Shown piece by piece: positions 46,746 through 60,335 of a DNA stretch of 64,000 bases. This DNA is from Macrostomum lignano (lineage: Eukaryota). Position numbers and translations under genes: made by a program. Location of the stretch: positions 62,001 through 126,000 of the forward strand of contig NIVC01001974.1 in the NCBI GenBank assembly GCA_002269645.1, given 5' to 3'. Under the pieces are notes generated by a model. That model did no database searches. It worked only from the letters and a program-made list of their open reading frames with translations, and was not told the origin of the DNA. How positions within the stretch are numbered: the stretch's first letter is position 1; every line of letters begins with the position of its first letter.

Positions 46746-48406
46746 GGGAAGTATGCAAGGCTAAATGGAGAATGCTGAGATACCATACTTACCATACTAA
46801 CTACGCAAAAGAATTGCTGAGATATAACAGTTTAAGTGGGAGATTCTAATGCTCAAGTTGCTATATAATGCCAATGTCAAAAAGCTTTACCACATCGACT
46901 GACATCAGATTTTTAAGGGTTGCTTACAAGATTTGACCTTCCAGATTTCGCAGTTCTCAGTGTCACTGCCTAAGTCACTATATGGTTCTGTAGCTATACG
47001 CTGCAATTCTCATCGGACTTATCATACCCGATCAGATTATACTAGATAGGGATAAAAGAACCCTATAAGTTGAAGTTGCGAGACAGAATAAGAAAGTCCG
47101 AGCATTCCAATCTCTAAGAGGATTTTTTTCGGTCGCCGCTTAAATTTAAATCTCTTTTAGTACAAGCGAAAAACGTATTGCTTTTGATGAGGAAGTCTCT
47201 AGTTTGCTTTGAGAACTCAAGACACAGCTTATACAGTAGGAAGGGAGAATGTTGCTGTCCGGTCTAAAAATAGAAGCCAAATTTATTCCTCCCAACCACG
47301 CCTTCCCTGCTCAAACCACCTACGCGCTTGATACGTCTAGCCCAGCTGAGACTGCAGGGGCTGTGGGTGGCGAGTGGGGTGGTCGGTTGAAACTGGAATT
47401 GGGACACTCGGGGGGGGGCTCTTCTAAAAGACGACTCTTGAGTATTGAGTGAGGGCGGGTGTAATAAGGTATGAGGGCCGAGGGCGAGGAGACTTGAAAA
47501 TAGGAAAACTGAATGGCGATGGCTATTACATTCATTTTTTTAAGTTTGCTGGTACTTATATTAGGCACCTAGAAGTTTTATGATTTATGACCAAAAAAAT
47601 CTGAGGCACTCGATGCGAGTCTTCATTCATCTTCTCCAATCCTAACGAAATGGAAAGAGTGCCTTTAAAAGCAAGAAAGCTATATATACATAGCTAGCAG
47701 CCTATAAACTATCAATAACTGTTTGGATTAACGCTAGTTCGAGAGTTATTCGTATTTTCTCCTTTGCCTGCCCGGAGGCAATTTTTACCTTAGTCACGCA
47801 CGAACAGAGCAGAACACGCTAGCAAGCACGCACGCACAAGGAGAGTCGCATATTTTTGCTTGATAAATCGTCACTCTTCCTGTAGTTAGCTTTACTAGAA
47901 AATAATATAAAAATCTGCTTAGTTAGTCTGAACATTCCTCATTTCTCGATTCCTACAAACCTACGGAAATAGGGAAGCAGGATGGCGGCAGTTTGCATTA
48001 ATTTGAATACGATGGGTTGCCTAGCTGTCTATATGAATTTTTCTGCTCTAGGACTTCCTATTTGTTTTAGCTTGTGGGCCTGGGCCCGCCTGCCAGCCTC
48101 AGACTCTCGTGACTCTGCGGTCCTCGCTCGCCCAGGCGGAGTTCCTCCGGCTGATGCAAGCGAATCTATTTTTAGCGCAGGTCGTCTATGCACTAATCAG
48201 CATCCCGTCCCGTGCCCCCCCCCCCACTTCTACACGCTTTATCCATATGCTTTCTAACCTTATTATCGACTTCATTCCGATCCGACAAGCAGGGGACCAC
48301 TCGGAGCTTGGCAGAGCTATGCCGTTAGCCCTTCTGCCTCCTCCCCACTCCTCAGTCTGGCTATTTCAAACAACTTTCTGGAAATTTCTCAGCAAGGGGG
48401 GTTGCG

Positions 48407-48576
48407 CCAATGATCGGATTGAAGGACGCGGCCTCTCATTGGCTGGCTTGCAAGGGACGGGGTTAAGATTGTACGCACTGGTCCGGTCTAATGTACACTG
48501 AAGAGTGAAGCAGGTCGTGTGGACAGAGAGAACTAGGGGTTTCGCTTTAGAGTGAAGCTTGTTGCGTGTATAAATA
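48407..48576 (+). promoter_or_regulatory. Putative TENT5 promoter (CCAAT boxes and TATA box)
   Basis: CCAAT 48407-48411, ATTGG 48438-48442, TATAAATA 48569-48576, about 220 bp upstream of the ATG at 48796. Confidence 0.45.
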
Positions 48577-48795
48577 GAACAGCCAAGCCCACTCAGAACT
48601 ATAGGCCTTTTTCAATAACTTGTGCAACCAATCAATCTTATTAATCTTAGATTTTTGTCTTAGGCCAAAAGCTACTTGAAACTATAATTATTTCGAAAAG
48701 CCTAACCAGCTTTTTCAACTAAATTCGACTGTCTCGCAACGACGCAAGTTTATAGTAAATTTTCCACTGCCAACCTTGCGTGATTCGAGTTAATA

Positions 48796-51731
48796 ATGAC
48801 TTGCATAGCGAGCAATGATAACAACAATGCCAATGGCAAGGTCAAGGAGAAAGTGACGGACAACGACAACAACAACCGCTATAGCGTGCTCTGCTACGAG
48901 CAGGTACTTCGACTGCACGAGTTCATGGAGAAGGAGGTGACAATACACGGCCGAGGGCACTGCTGTCCTAGTGTCAAGCTGACATTGCGCGACATGATTC
49001 AACGTGTGTGCCAACAGTTGGAGGCCAGTAACATCGGGCTCAGGGATCTGCGATTGAACGGCGGCGGCGCCACTTTTATTATTGGTAAGCTAGCTAGCGT
49101 TTCAATGTTTTAAAGATTATTTAATTTTGGTTTTAGCTAGATTTGCGCAGAATCTGTCATTTAAAAAATTAGCTAGTCACATGATATACTATACTATTAA
49201 CTATAGACTAACAGTGCCTGTGTTCCCACCCAAATCTATGCACGCGCTGTTTTGTTTATTTTATATTTGTATAATTTGTATACTCTAACTTGGAGGTCAG
49301 ATTTTTATCCAGATTTTTGACTATGACAAATTTTTGGCACATTTTGGTTGCTCTGACCATCGTTCATCCATCCAGTCACCAGTGTCAATTGTTCTGATTT
49401 AGAGGCCTATAATGATAGGCAAGATACCGAGACAAGAAAACAGACTGGGGCGCGGACGTAGGAAAGAAAGTCTTAGAAATCAATCATTGCCCGCCTCCAA
49501 TCCCCAGGCTCAGACAGCATTTCCTGCGTGTGTTCCTTCTTAAATGTGACTTACCTCTGCAACATTCTGCCTACACCACTCGAGAATGAAACAGAGGGTG
49601 GATAAGAGAAGTAGAAAGTGGATAGGGAGATGGAATGAAGCAGATAGAGACTAGGTGGCTAGAGAAGTAGATAAGAAGATGGAATGAGGCAGATGGAGAT
49701 AGAAGTAGATCTAGGAGATGGAATGAGGCAGAGGGAGATAGAAGTAGATAGTGAGATGGAATGAGGCAGAGGAGATAGAAGTAGATCTAGGGAGATGGAA
49801 TGAGGCAGAGGGAGAGAAGTAGATTTAGGAGATGGAATGAGGCAGATGGAGATATAAGTAGATCTAGGAGATGGAATGAGGCAGAGGGAGTAGAAGTAGA
49901 TTTAGGAGATGGAATGAGGCAGAGGGAGATAGAAGTAGATCTAGGAGATGGAATGAGGCAGAGGGAGATAGAAGTAGATAGGAGATGGAATGAGGCAGAG
50001 GGAGATAGAAGTAGATCTAGGGAGATGGAATGAGGCAGAGGGAGATAGAAGTAGATCTAGGGAGATGGAATGAGGCAGAGGGAGATAGAAGTAGATCTAG
50101 GGAGATGGAATGAGGCAGAGGGAGATAGAAGTAGATAAGGAGATGGAATGAGGCAGAGGGAGAGAGAAGTTGATAGTGAGATGGACTGAGGCAGAGGGAG
50201 ATAGAAGTAGATAAGGAGATGGACTGAGGTAGAGGAGAGAGAAGTAGATAGTGAGATGGACTGAGGCAGAGGGAGAGAGAAGTAGATAGTGAGATGGACT
50301 GAGGCAGAGGGAGATAGAAGTTGATAGTGAGATGGACTGAGGCAGAGGGAGATAGAAGTGATAGTGAGATGGACTGAGGCAGAGGGAGAGAGAAGTTGAT
50401 AGTGAGATGGACTGAGGCAGAGGGAGAGAGAAGTTGATAGTGAGATGGACTGAGGCAGAGGGAGATAGAAGTGATAGTGAGATAGACTGAGGCAGAGGGA
50501 GATAGAAGTTGATAGTGAGATGGACTGAGGCAGAGGGAGAGAGAAGTTGATAGTGAGATGGACTGAGTCAGAGGGAGAGAGAAGTTGATAGTGAGATGGA
50601 ATGAGGCAGAGGGAGAGAGAAGTAGATTAGGATGAAGGATTGGTAGGGGAATATTGAGACAACTGAGAACAGAAATGAGAATGAGGAGTTTATTTATTGC
50701 ATCAGGTCAGGAGGTCGGAGATTCGCTGCCAAGTAAAAGCCGAACTAGTTAGGTCAGTCTAATCAATACAAGCAGAGCTAACTTTGTGTTGCATCGTATT
50801 GTAAAACGCAATGTCAATTTAAAATCACACAGTTATTTAATTGTTATTGCGCGCGAATTATATCTGTTACATTTATAATTGCAAGCTTAAGTAGAGATAA
50901 AAGTTTCAGTTTCAGTTTAATTGCCTTACAGAGGTTTTTATAATCTGGGTTCTCATAAAATTCTCCGCTGCATTAATAAAAATCGCTTTGCCCACGCGGC
51001 TATTTTTAGACCTCGCCCAGCCCTCCTCCCCGGCAGTTGGGCGAGAATTGAACGAGTTTAAAGGAGATGAAAAATGTGTTAGGGAGTAGCGAGGTTCCTA
51101 CTGCCAGTTTGTGTACTGAGGCACAGGTACTACAGGTGTGCCTTTGCCAGGAGAGAAAACAGTCGACCGATTTCTTTATAAGGAAAGTTTTCACTCGCCA
51201 AGTTCAATCTAAGAGGGGTGGGGAAAGAGGAACTTTCTTGGTTCTTTCGTACTCTCAGTCTCATCGTGTCTGACAGTGGCTAATAATTGAGGAAAAGTCC
51301 TATAGATCTGCAGCTGATGTACACTGCTCACGCTAGCTCAGAGTTCCCGCCGCCGCCCGCTACCGCCCACGCACTGCTGCAGCAGAGTCTGAGCTCAGCA
51401 GCGCGTCTAAGGGATGCAGTTGGCTTTGAAGGATGGGATGGATGGCCTCTCAAGAATGAGGAGAGAAAGGGGAAGAGAGAAGGAAGGAATGAGGAGGGTG
51501 ACGACTAAGCCCTGCTGAAATAACAGGAGAAACGGAGTAGGCCTCGCCCTTACCCCTGCCTCCCGACTGCAGCTCAGTAGTTTTCCACCCGTTATAGAAT
51601 ATCATGTGATCCGCGCATAAACTATATATATATATGTGGCTATTTATAGAGCACAGCACCTCTTCCAGTCTCCAAATCAATTTCCCGACATCGCAAGTCA
51701 CGTGCTTGCTGCTAGAGAGCTTTTCTTAATA

Positions 51732-51765
<34 letters not shown>

Positions 51766-54700
51766 ACCCTACTGCTACTCCTATAGTTGTGCCCCCTCTC
51801 ATTCGCTAGAATATTTAAAGATCTGATAGTGGCATAGCATAGCAGGAGTAACCTGATCTGCCCATAGCTTAGCACATAAGCCGTTAGGGATTTAGGGATT
51901 TTCATTAAAGCATTCAAATTTATTAATCAATTCAATAAAATTTCCTTAAAGTAAGAAAACCTTAAAGCTTACAATTGCGTTTATAGAATTTGAAAATATA
52001 AATTTTCTTATTCTTTCACGTTAAAATGTGTGTGTTTGTGTGAGCTTGTGTTTTTAATCAAGCTAATCAAGTGAAGTGATAATGCAACATCATCAATAAA
52101 GGGGATTGTCGTGCATGCGATTCACCTCACTACCGTGAGCCGTGAGAGGCAACCCCGAAGGCACAGAGAGTGTACACGCCTGACGATTAGAAAGTCAGGA
52201 CCTCTATACACCCTGCATGCGTGAGCTCGTGTTTATGTCAGCCGGAATGGGCAGAATTGCCTGAGCACTGCAAGCGGAGCTGCATGGGAGCTGGCACTAG
52301 AGAGTTTATTTTACCGTAGGGTTGTTGGTTTTTTTCGGCCCAGATATCGATCGAAAAGCATTAAGGGCCCATAGCAAGCAATCGGCTATTTTATTAGTCT
52401 GCCACCAAATTGTGCCCACAAAAAAATTCCGCTTTAAAGATCGCAGATAGCAGTGCATTCTAATGCTAGCTAAAATGTGTAGGGAATTTTTTTACTATTC
52501 ATGCTCTGCATTGAAGCGTGTGCAACGCAGTTAACCTTGCTGAGAAGGCGCTGGAGTCCATTAAGTAGGTAGGTTAGTAGGTAGGTGGGTAGAGAAGAGG
52601 GAGAGACGGGTTAGGCCCTTACTTCCTTTCCGCTCAATTTGTCTTGCCATTAGGATTTCACCAACCCCATCAATTCTTTTGCAAAATAAATCAGCGTTCT
52701 ATTTACTCTCTAGCCTCCTGAATTTCCTTTGCAGATTAAAATCAAATCAAGTGTCATGCAGTTATTAAATTCCATTCCCCTGCAGGTCCTTTAGATGGCG
52801 CCACCATCCCCCTGCAGGTCCTTCAGTCAGATGGCGCCACCATCCCCCTGCAGGTCCTTCAGATGGCGCCACCATTCCCCTGCTGGTCCTTCAGATGGCG
52901 CCACCATCCCCCTGCAGGTCCTTCAGATGGCGCCACCATCCCCCTGCAGGTCCTTCAGATGGCGCCACCATCCCCCTGCAGGTCCTTCAGATGGCGCCAC
53001 CATCCCCCTGCAGGTCCTTCAGATGGCGCCACCATCCCCCTGCAGGTCCTTCAGATGGCGCCACCATCCCCCTGCAGGTCCTTTAGATGGCGCCACCATC
53101 CCCCTGCAGGTCCTTCAGATGGCGCCACCATCCCCCTGCAGGTCCTTCAGATGGCGCCATCATCCCCCTGCAGGTCCTTTAGATGGCGCCACCATCCCCC
53201 TGCAGGTCCTTCAGATGGCGCCACCATTCCCCTGCAGGTCCTTTAGATGGCGCCACCATCCCCCTGCAGGTCCTTCAGATGGCGCCACCATCCCCCTGCA
53301 GGTCTTTCAGATGGCGCCATCATCCCCCTGCAGGTCCTTTAGATGGCGCCACCATCCCCCTGCAGGTCCTTCAGATGGCGCCACCATTCCCCTGCAGGTC
53401 CTTTAGATGGCGCCACCATCCCCCTGCAGGTCCTTCAGATGGCGCCACCATCCCCTTGCAGGTCCTTCAGATGGCGCCATCATCCCCCTGCAGGTCCTTC
53501 AGATGGCGCCATCATCCCCCTGCAGGTCCTTCAGATGGCGCCACCATCCCCTGCAGGTCCTTTAGATGGCGCCACCATTCCCCCTGCTGGTCCTTCAGAT
53601 GGCGCCACCATCACCCTGCTGGTCCTTCAGATGGCGCCACCATTCCCCCTGCTGGTCCTTTAGATGGCGCCACCATTCCTCCTGCAGGTCCTTCAGATGG
53701 CGCCACCATTCCCCCTGCTGGTCCTTCAGATGGCGCCACCATCACCCTGCTGGTCCTTCAGATGGCGCCACCATTCCCCCTGCTGGTCCTTCAGATGGCG
53801 CCACCATTCCCCCTGCTGGTCCTTCAGATGGCGCCACCATTCCACCTGCCGGTCCTTCAGTCAGATGGCGCCACCATCACCCTGCTGGTCCTTCAGATGG
53901 CGCCACCATTCCCCCTGCTGGTCCTTCAGATGGCGCCACCATTCCCCCTGCAGGTCCTTCAGATGGCGCCACCATTCCTCCTGCTGGTCCTTCAGATGGC
54001 GCCACCATCACCCTGCTGGTCCTTCAGATGGCGCCACCATTCCCCCTGCTGGTCCTTCAGATGGCGCCACCATCACCCTGCTGGTCCTTCAGATGGCGCC
54101 ACCATTCCCCCTGCCGGTCCTTCAGTCAGATGGCGCCACCATCACCCTGCTGGTCCTTCAGATGGCGCCACCATCCCCCTGCTGGTCCTTCAGATGGCGC
54201 CACAATCCCCCTGCTGGTCCTTCAGTCAGATGGCGCCACATTCCGCCTGCCGGTCCTTCAGTCAGATGGCGCCACCATTCCCCCTTCTAGTCAAATTTAG
54301 CTAGCAGACAAAATGGAGGCAGACTTGAGTTCTAAGAAAATTTGCCAGGTGTTTTCTAATTAAAAGCGTGTTGACAAAGTCACTCAATTTTATTAGATAC
54401 ATTTAGCTAAAACTAGTCCATTGGCGTCAAGCTTAAGTGGCTGTTCTTACGTATTTAAATAGTACATAGCTACCATATAAGCCAGAGTGTATATATAGTG
54501 GTTATACTTTATGCAACTTGAAATACTTTTATTTACTTTGCTTCAAGAGCTAAGAGGAAAAATTTCCACACCTGTCTTATCTCGGAGTTCCAGGTGGACC
54601 AGGTGTCTGCACTCCCATAACTATACGGTGGGATCTTACTCCTAAGCCTTAGTATTATGTAGATTTGAGCTTATCTTTAAGGCGATATGCGTGTTTGCGC

Positions 54701-57700
54701 GTCAGGTTCTCTGTCGATAGTTTTTAGACCGCAATATTTTTGAGTAGCCAGTTAAATATGCTCTTATATTGATTTCAGTGAATTGGCGAGTTTTTCTATG
54801 AAAAGGACATGCTTGAAAATATTTCTAAAATGTTAGCAAAAACAGATGAGTAGTTGAAAAACAAACAACAGTTTGGTTGACCTTCGCGGGTGGTGAATCA
54901 GGTCATACATGCGCAACCTCCAAAATTCGGTTGGCCGTGCAACTTAGTTTTAACAAAAATGCGACGTAGTTTTTGGCCAAAAATGCGACTTACCTGCGAA
55001 AGAAACCCTAAAGCAAAATTAACGCAATTTTGGGTAAACGGTAGGAGTAACCATGACTGTCTTATGACTGTCAAGAATTGACAACAATTAATGCCACGTT
55101 AACTCGCACACGCACACAAAATAACAGGCATGGACTCGGTGCACACCTACAACGACTTAGACTTACTCTTCGGCGTTGATTTAAGCCCACCCGGTACAGT
55201 GGACGAAATCAAACGAGTGGTATTGGATTGTCTGCGTTCGTTTCTACCGGAAGGTTCCATCGCTTCGTCGGCTGCTGTTGCGCCGGAAGTGCCGCAGCAT
55301 CAGCAGCAGCAGCAGCAGTCAGTTCGCAGACGCCAGTACTCGTCTGGCAGCCGCCACGCTCCAGCTGATCCAATTGAAGGCTACGTTCAAAAGCTGGTGC
55401 GCATTCAGAACACTGACAGCTGGTACCTCATCAGCCTGGGCGACTCGGCCGCCCACCAGACCGACGGCGTCACTGTCGAACTAAAATTTGTCGATCGAAT
55501 GCGTCGGAAATTCGAATTCACCGTCGACAGTTTCCAGATTATTCTGGACTCGCTGCTGACATTTTATCGGCTTCAGCCGAGGCCTACGGCTATCACTGAG
55601 CACTTTTATCCTACGGTGATTGCCGAGTCAGTTAGTGGCAGCTTTGCCGAGGCCTACGCTCACCTGGTCCGGAAGGAGATCTGCACCCGCAATCCTGAAG
55701 AAATTCGAGGCGGCGGTCTGTTGAAGTACTGCAAACTGCTAGTTGAAGGCTTCCTACCTGCTCAAGGTCTGGACGTTGTCCACCTGGAGAAGTACATGTG
55801 CTCCAGGTTCTTTATCGACTTTCCCGACTTGAGGAAACAGCGAGCTAAGATTGAGTCTTATTTGACTTCGCACTTTCCGTCTGACAAAGATTTTGAACTG
55901 AGGGCTCAGTATCTGCAGGTGAGGCATTGCGTGTACGATGAGTATTCTATATTTATTCCTGCTAGCACTCAAATCTCAGCATGGGTTCTGAATGCAGAGA
56001 TTATCAGGTTCTGAATGCAGAGATATTAGGGTTCTGAATGCAGAGATTATAGGGTTCTGAATGCAGAGATATTAGGGTTCTGAATGCAGAGATATTAGGG
56101 TTCTGAATGCAGAGATATTAGGGTTCTGAATGCAGAAATTATAGGGTTCTGAATGCAGAGATATTAGGGTTCTGAATGCAGAAATTATAGGGTTCTGAAT
56201 GCAGAGATATTAGGGTTCTGAATGCAGAAATTATCGACTGGTTTCATAATGCAGACATTATCGGGTTCTGAATGCAGAGATTATCGAGTTCTGAATGCAG
56301 ATTATCGGGTTCTGAATGCAGATTATCGGGTTCCGAATGCAGATTATCGGGTTCTGAATGCAGATTATCGGGTTCTGAATGCAGATTATCGGGTTCTGAA
56401 TGCAGATTATCGGGTTCTGAATGCAGAGATTATCGACTGGTTCTGAATGCAGACATTATCGGGTTCTGAATGCAGAGATTATCGACTGGTTCTGAATGCA
56501 GAGATTATCGACTGGTTCTGAATGCAGTGATTATCGGGTTCTGAATGCACAGATTATCGGGTTCTGAATGCAGAGATTATCGGGTTCAGAATGCAGATTA
56601 TCGGATTCTAAATGCACAGATTATCGGGTTTCTGAATGCTGAGATTATCGGATTCTGAATGCAGAGATTATCGAGTTCTGAATGCAGATTATCGGGTTCT
56701 GAATGCAGATTATCGGGTTCTGAATGCACAAATTATCGGGTTCTGAATGCACAGATTATCGGGTTCTGAATGCAGATTATCGGGTTCTGAATGCACAGAT
56801 TATCGGGTTCTGAATGCTGAGATTATCGGATTCTGAATGCTGAGATTATCGGATTCTGAATGCAGAGATTATCGAGTTCTGAATGCAGATTATCGGGTTC
56901 TGAATGCAGATTATCGGGTTCCGAATGCAGATTATCGGGTTCTGAATGCAGAGATTATCGACTGGTTCTGAATGCACAGATTATCGGGTTCTGAATGCAG
57001 ATTATCGGGTTCTGAATGCAGATTATCGGGTTCTGAATGCAGAGATTATCGACTGGTTCTGAATGCACAGATTATCGGGTTCTGAATGCAGATTATCGGG
57101 TTCTGAATGCAGAGATTATCGACTGGTTCTGAATGCAGAGATTATCGGGTTCTGAATGCACAGATTATCGGGTTCTAAATGTAGAGATTATCGACTGGTT
57201 CTGAATGCACAGAATATCGGGTTCTAAATGCAGAGATTATCGACTGGTTCTGAATGCAGAGATTATCGGGTTCTGAATGCACAGATTATCGGGTTCTGAA
57301 TGCACAGATTATCGGGTTCTGAATGCAGAGATTATCGACTGGTTCTGAATGCAGAGATTATCGGGTTCTGAATGCAGAGATTATCGGGTTCTGAATGCAC
57401 AGATTATCGGGTTCTAAATGCAGAGATTATCAGGTTCTGAATGCAGAGATTATCGGGTTCTGAATGCACATATTATCGGGTTCTGAATGCAGATTATCGG
57501 GTTCTGAATGCAGAGATTATCGACTGGTTCTGAATGCAGAGATTATCGGGTTCTGAATGCACACATTATCGGGTTCTGAATGCACAGATTATCGGGTTCT
57601 GAATGCAGAGATTATCGACTGGTTCTGAATGCAGAGATTATCGGGTTCTGAATGCAGAGATTATCGGGTTCTGAATGCACAGATTATTGGGTTCTAAATG

Positions 57701-58756
57701 CAGAGATTATCAGGTTCTGAATGCAGAGATTATCGGGTTCTGAAGGCACATATTATCGGGTTCTGAATGCAGATTATCGGGTTCTGAATGCAGAGATTAT
57801 CGACTGGTTCTGAATGCACAGATTATCGGGTTCTGAATGCACACATTATCGGGTTCTGAATGCACAGATTATCGGGTTCTGAATGCAGAGATTATCGGGT
57901 TCTGAATGCAGAGATTATCGGGTTCTAAATGCAGAGATTATCGGGTTCTAAATGCAGAGATTATCGACTGGTTCTGAATGCAGACATTATCGGGTTCTGA
58001 ATGCAGAGATTATCAGGTTCTGAATGCAGAGATTATCGGGTTCTAAATGCAGAGATTATCGGGTTCTGAATGCAGACATTATCGGGTTCTAAATGCAGAG
58101 ATTATCGACTGGTTCTGAATGCAGAGATTATCGGGTTCTAAATGCAGAGATTATCGGGTTCTAAATGCAGAGATTATCGGGTTCTGAATGCACAGGTTAA
58201 CAGGTTCTGAATGCAGAGATTATGACAATAACTATCACAACTAAACAGTTGTTGCAAGATAAATGAATTCCACTACGTACATTTGCAGGTGCTGCACGAG
58301 GTTGTGAAGAGCTCCACCGTGTGTCTGATGCAGCAGGAGCGTCGCAGCACCCTGTATTTGATCTCAGATCTGCTTGGCGAAATCTGCCTACAAATTGAAG
58401 CGCGCAACAATGTGATCGCATTGGAACCGTTTAATGGCGACAACTGGGTGCTGGACCATGTGTTCTATGGCACTCGGTACTTCCCGACTTATTTGACAGC
58501 CGGCATAGCGGCAGTGCCGGTGGCGGCGACGTCTGCTGGCTCATCGCCGACTAGCGCTGACGAACTGTTTGGCTACAGCTGCATCGTGTCCACCAGCGAC
58601 GGTCACGTGACTTATCCGTCTAACGTGGCCGCCGCTGCTATGATTGCCACTCAATCATCTTCGTCGACAACAATGTCGCCTTCGTCGTCGCGGCCTCAAT
58701 CGCCGGAATCTCTGTCGCCGCCGCTGCCGACTCTGGCTGAGTCGCCCGCTAATTGA
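48796..58756 (+). CDS. TENT5: Terminal nucleotidyltransferase 5 (FAM46 family, non-canonical poly(A) polymerase), ~515 aa
   Basis: Exons 48796-49084, 55128-55918, 58289-58756, phase-compatible (1548 nt). Family motifs: YEQVLRL..IHGRG, LNGGGAT, YNDLDLLF, VELKFVD.MRRKFEFTVDSFQIILDSL, PEEIRGGGLLKYC, YMCSRFFIDFPD, STVCLM..ERR.TL.LI. Confidence 0.95.
49620..50630 (+). repeat. ~40-bp purine-rich minisatellite (GAGATGGAATGAGGCAGAGGGAGATAGAAGTAGATCTAG)
   Basis: Tandem units in TENT5 intron 1; the variant changes along the array. Confidence 0.92.
52100..52290 (+). mobile_element. SINE-related fragment
   Basis: GAAGGCACAGAGAGTGTACACGCCTGACGATTAGAAAGTC and CGGAATGGGCAGAATTGCCTGAGC match 41575-41855. 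Confidence 0.65.
52783..54290 (+). repeat. 32-bp GC-rich minisatellite AGATGGCGCCACCATCCCCCTGCAGGTCCTTC
   Basis: More than 40 tandem units; the 32-aa periodic ORFs are artefacts. Confidence 0.96.
54904..55065. mobile_element. Truncated CATACATGCGCAAC-family hAT MITE
   Basis: Matches the first ~160 bp of 30056-30345; ends about 60 bp before TENT5 exon 2. Confidence 0.85.
55982..58225 (+). repeat. 21-27-bp minisatellite (CGGGTTCTGAATGCAGA(GA)TTAT) filling TENT5 intron 2
   Basis: Roughly 90-100 tandem units with 21, 23 and 27-bp variants. Confidence 0.96.
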
Positions 58757-58849
58757 TGCTTTGTGTGGTTCTGAGCTGTCAGCTCGTTTATTGATTATAG
58801 GAACGTTTGGTCTGCAGGTTGTTTAGATCTAGCTGTGGCCTATGAATTG

Positions 58850-59350
58850 TATTCTGTAGATCTATGGGTCAGTGTAATATCCCATGGTTAGTAATCTGTA
58901 GATCTATGGGTCAGTGTAATATCCCAAGGTTAGTAATCTGTAGATCTATGGGTCAGTGTAATATCCCATGGTTAGTAATCTGTAGATCTATGGGTCAGTG
59001 TAATATCCCAAGGTTAGTAATCTGTAGATCTATGGGTCAGTGTAATATCCCATGGTTAGTAATCTGTAGATCTATGGGTCAGTGTAATATCCCATGGTTA
59101 GTAATCTGTAGATCTATGGGTCAGTGTAATATCCCAAGGTTAAGTAATCTGTAGATCTATGGGTCAGTGTAATATCCCATGGTTAGTAATCTGTAGATCT
59201 TTTGGTCAGTGTAATATCCCAATGTTTAGTAATCTGTAGATCTATTGGTCAGTGTAATATCCCAATGTTTAGTAATCTGTAGATCTATTGGTCAGTGTAA
59301 TATGCCATGCTTTGTAGTCTTGTAGATTTATGGGCGATGTAATATCCCAA
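58850..59350 (+). repeat. 42-bp minisatellite downstream of TENT5
   Basis: Unit ATCTGTAGATCTATGGGTCAGTGTAATATCCCATGGTTAGTA; 14-aa periodic ORF. Confidence 0.93.
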
Positions 59351-59794
59351 TTCTGAATCCCTAGACCTGGGGTCTGTACATAGATTCTCATTGGCTTACA
59401 TAATCCATAAGCATGAGATAATCAAGACTCAATTTATCATTGCAAGCAAATTATCCGGTGTCTGCTCATTCACGACTATATAATATATGTTTAATATTTT
59501 TAAGTTATTTTGTGATTGCGTCATCCCCGCTCCTAAACTGTTGAAAGTCTATGCGTTTAATAAAGTTACTATGGCAATAATTCTTTGCACAAGTATTCAA
59601 TTACCTGGGTGACTAAAATTTTACCTTTTTTGTCCGACATTGGTTCGTGCGCGTGTTCACTACAAAATTAATATTCTCTTGGCGCCATTTTTCTGTACTT
59701 GGTTTTTTCCTGTTCGTTTGCAAGCTCTGCGTTTCCTTTTTTGCCGTTTTCAGCTTTTTATGTACAGTTGGTACTTGTGCTTTTCTTGTGTTAG

Positions 59795-59880
59795 ACAGGC
59801 AGACAGACAGACAGACAGACAGACAGTAAAGACAGGCAGACAGACAGACAGACAGACAGTAAAGACAGGCAGACAGACAC

Positions 59881-59911
<31 letters not shown>

Positions 59912-59976
59912 GGCAGACAGACAGACAGGCAGACAGACAGACAGGCAGACAGACAGACACACAGACAGACAGACAC

Positions 59977-60015
<39 letters not shown>

Positions 60016-60052
60016 GGCAGACAGACACACAGACAGACAGACAGACAGACAC

Positions 60053-60091
<39 letters not shown>

Positions 60092-60126
60092 GGCAGACAG
60101 ACAGACAGACAGGCAGGCAGGCAGGC

Positions 60127-60173
<47 letters not shown>

Positions 60174-60174
60174 A

Positions 60175-60209
<35 letters not shown>

Positions 60210-60210
60210 A

Positions 60211-60249
<39 letters not shown>

Positions 60250-60250
60250 A

Positions 60251-60283
<33 letters not shown>

Positions 60284-60335
60284 GGCAGGCAGGCAGGCAG
60301 GCAGACAGACAGACAGACAGACAGGCAGGCAGCCA
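59795..60335 (+). repeat. (CAGA)n microsatellite
   Basis: Tetranucleotide array with CAGG/CACA variants. Confidence 0.97.

Noticed and set aside
52783-54290. Palindromic 32-bp repeats resembling CRISPR direct repeats
   Set aside because: Units are head-to-tail with no unique spacers, there are no cas genes, and the context is a eukaryotic intron.
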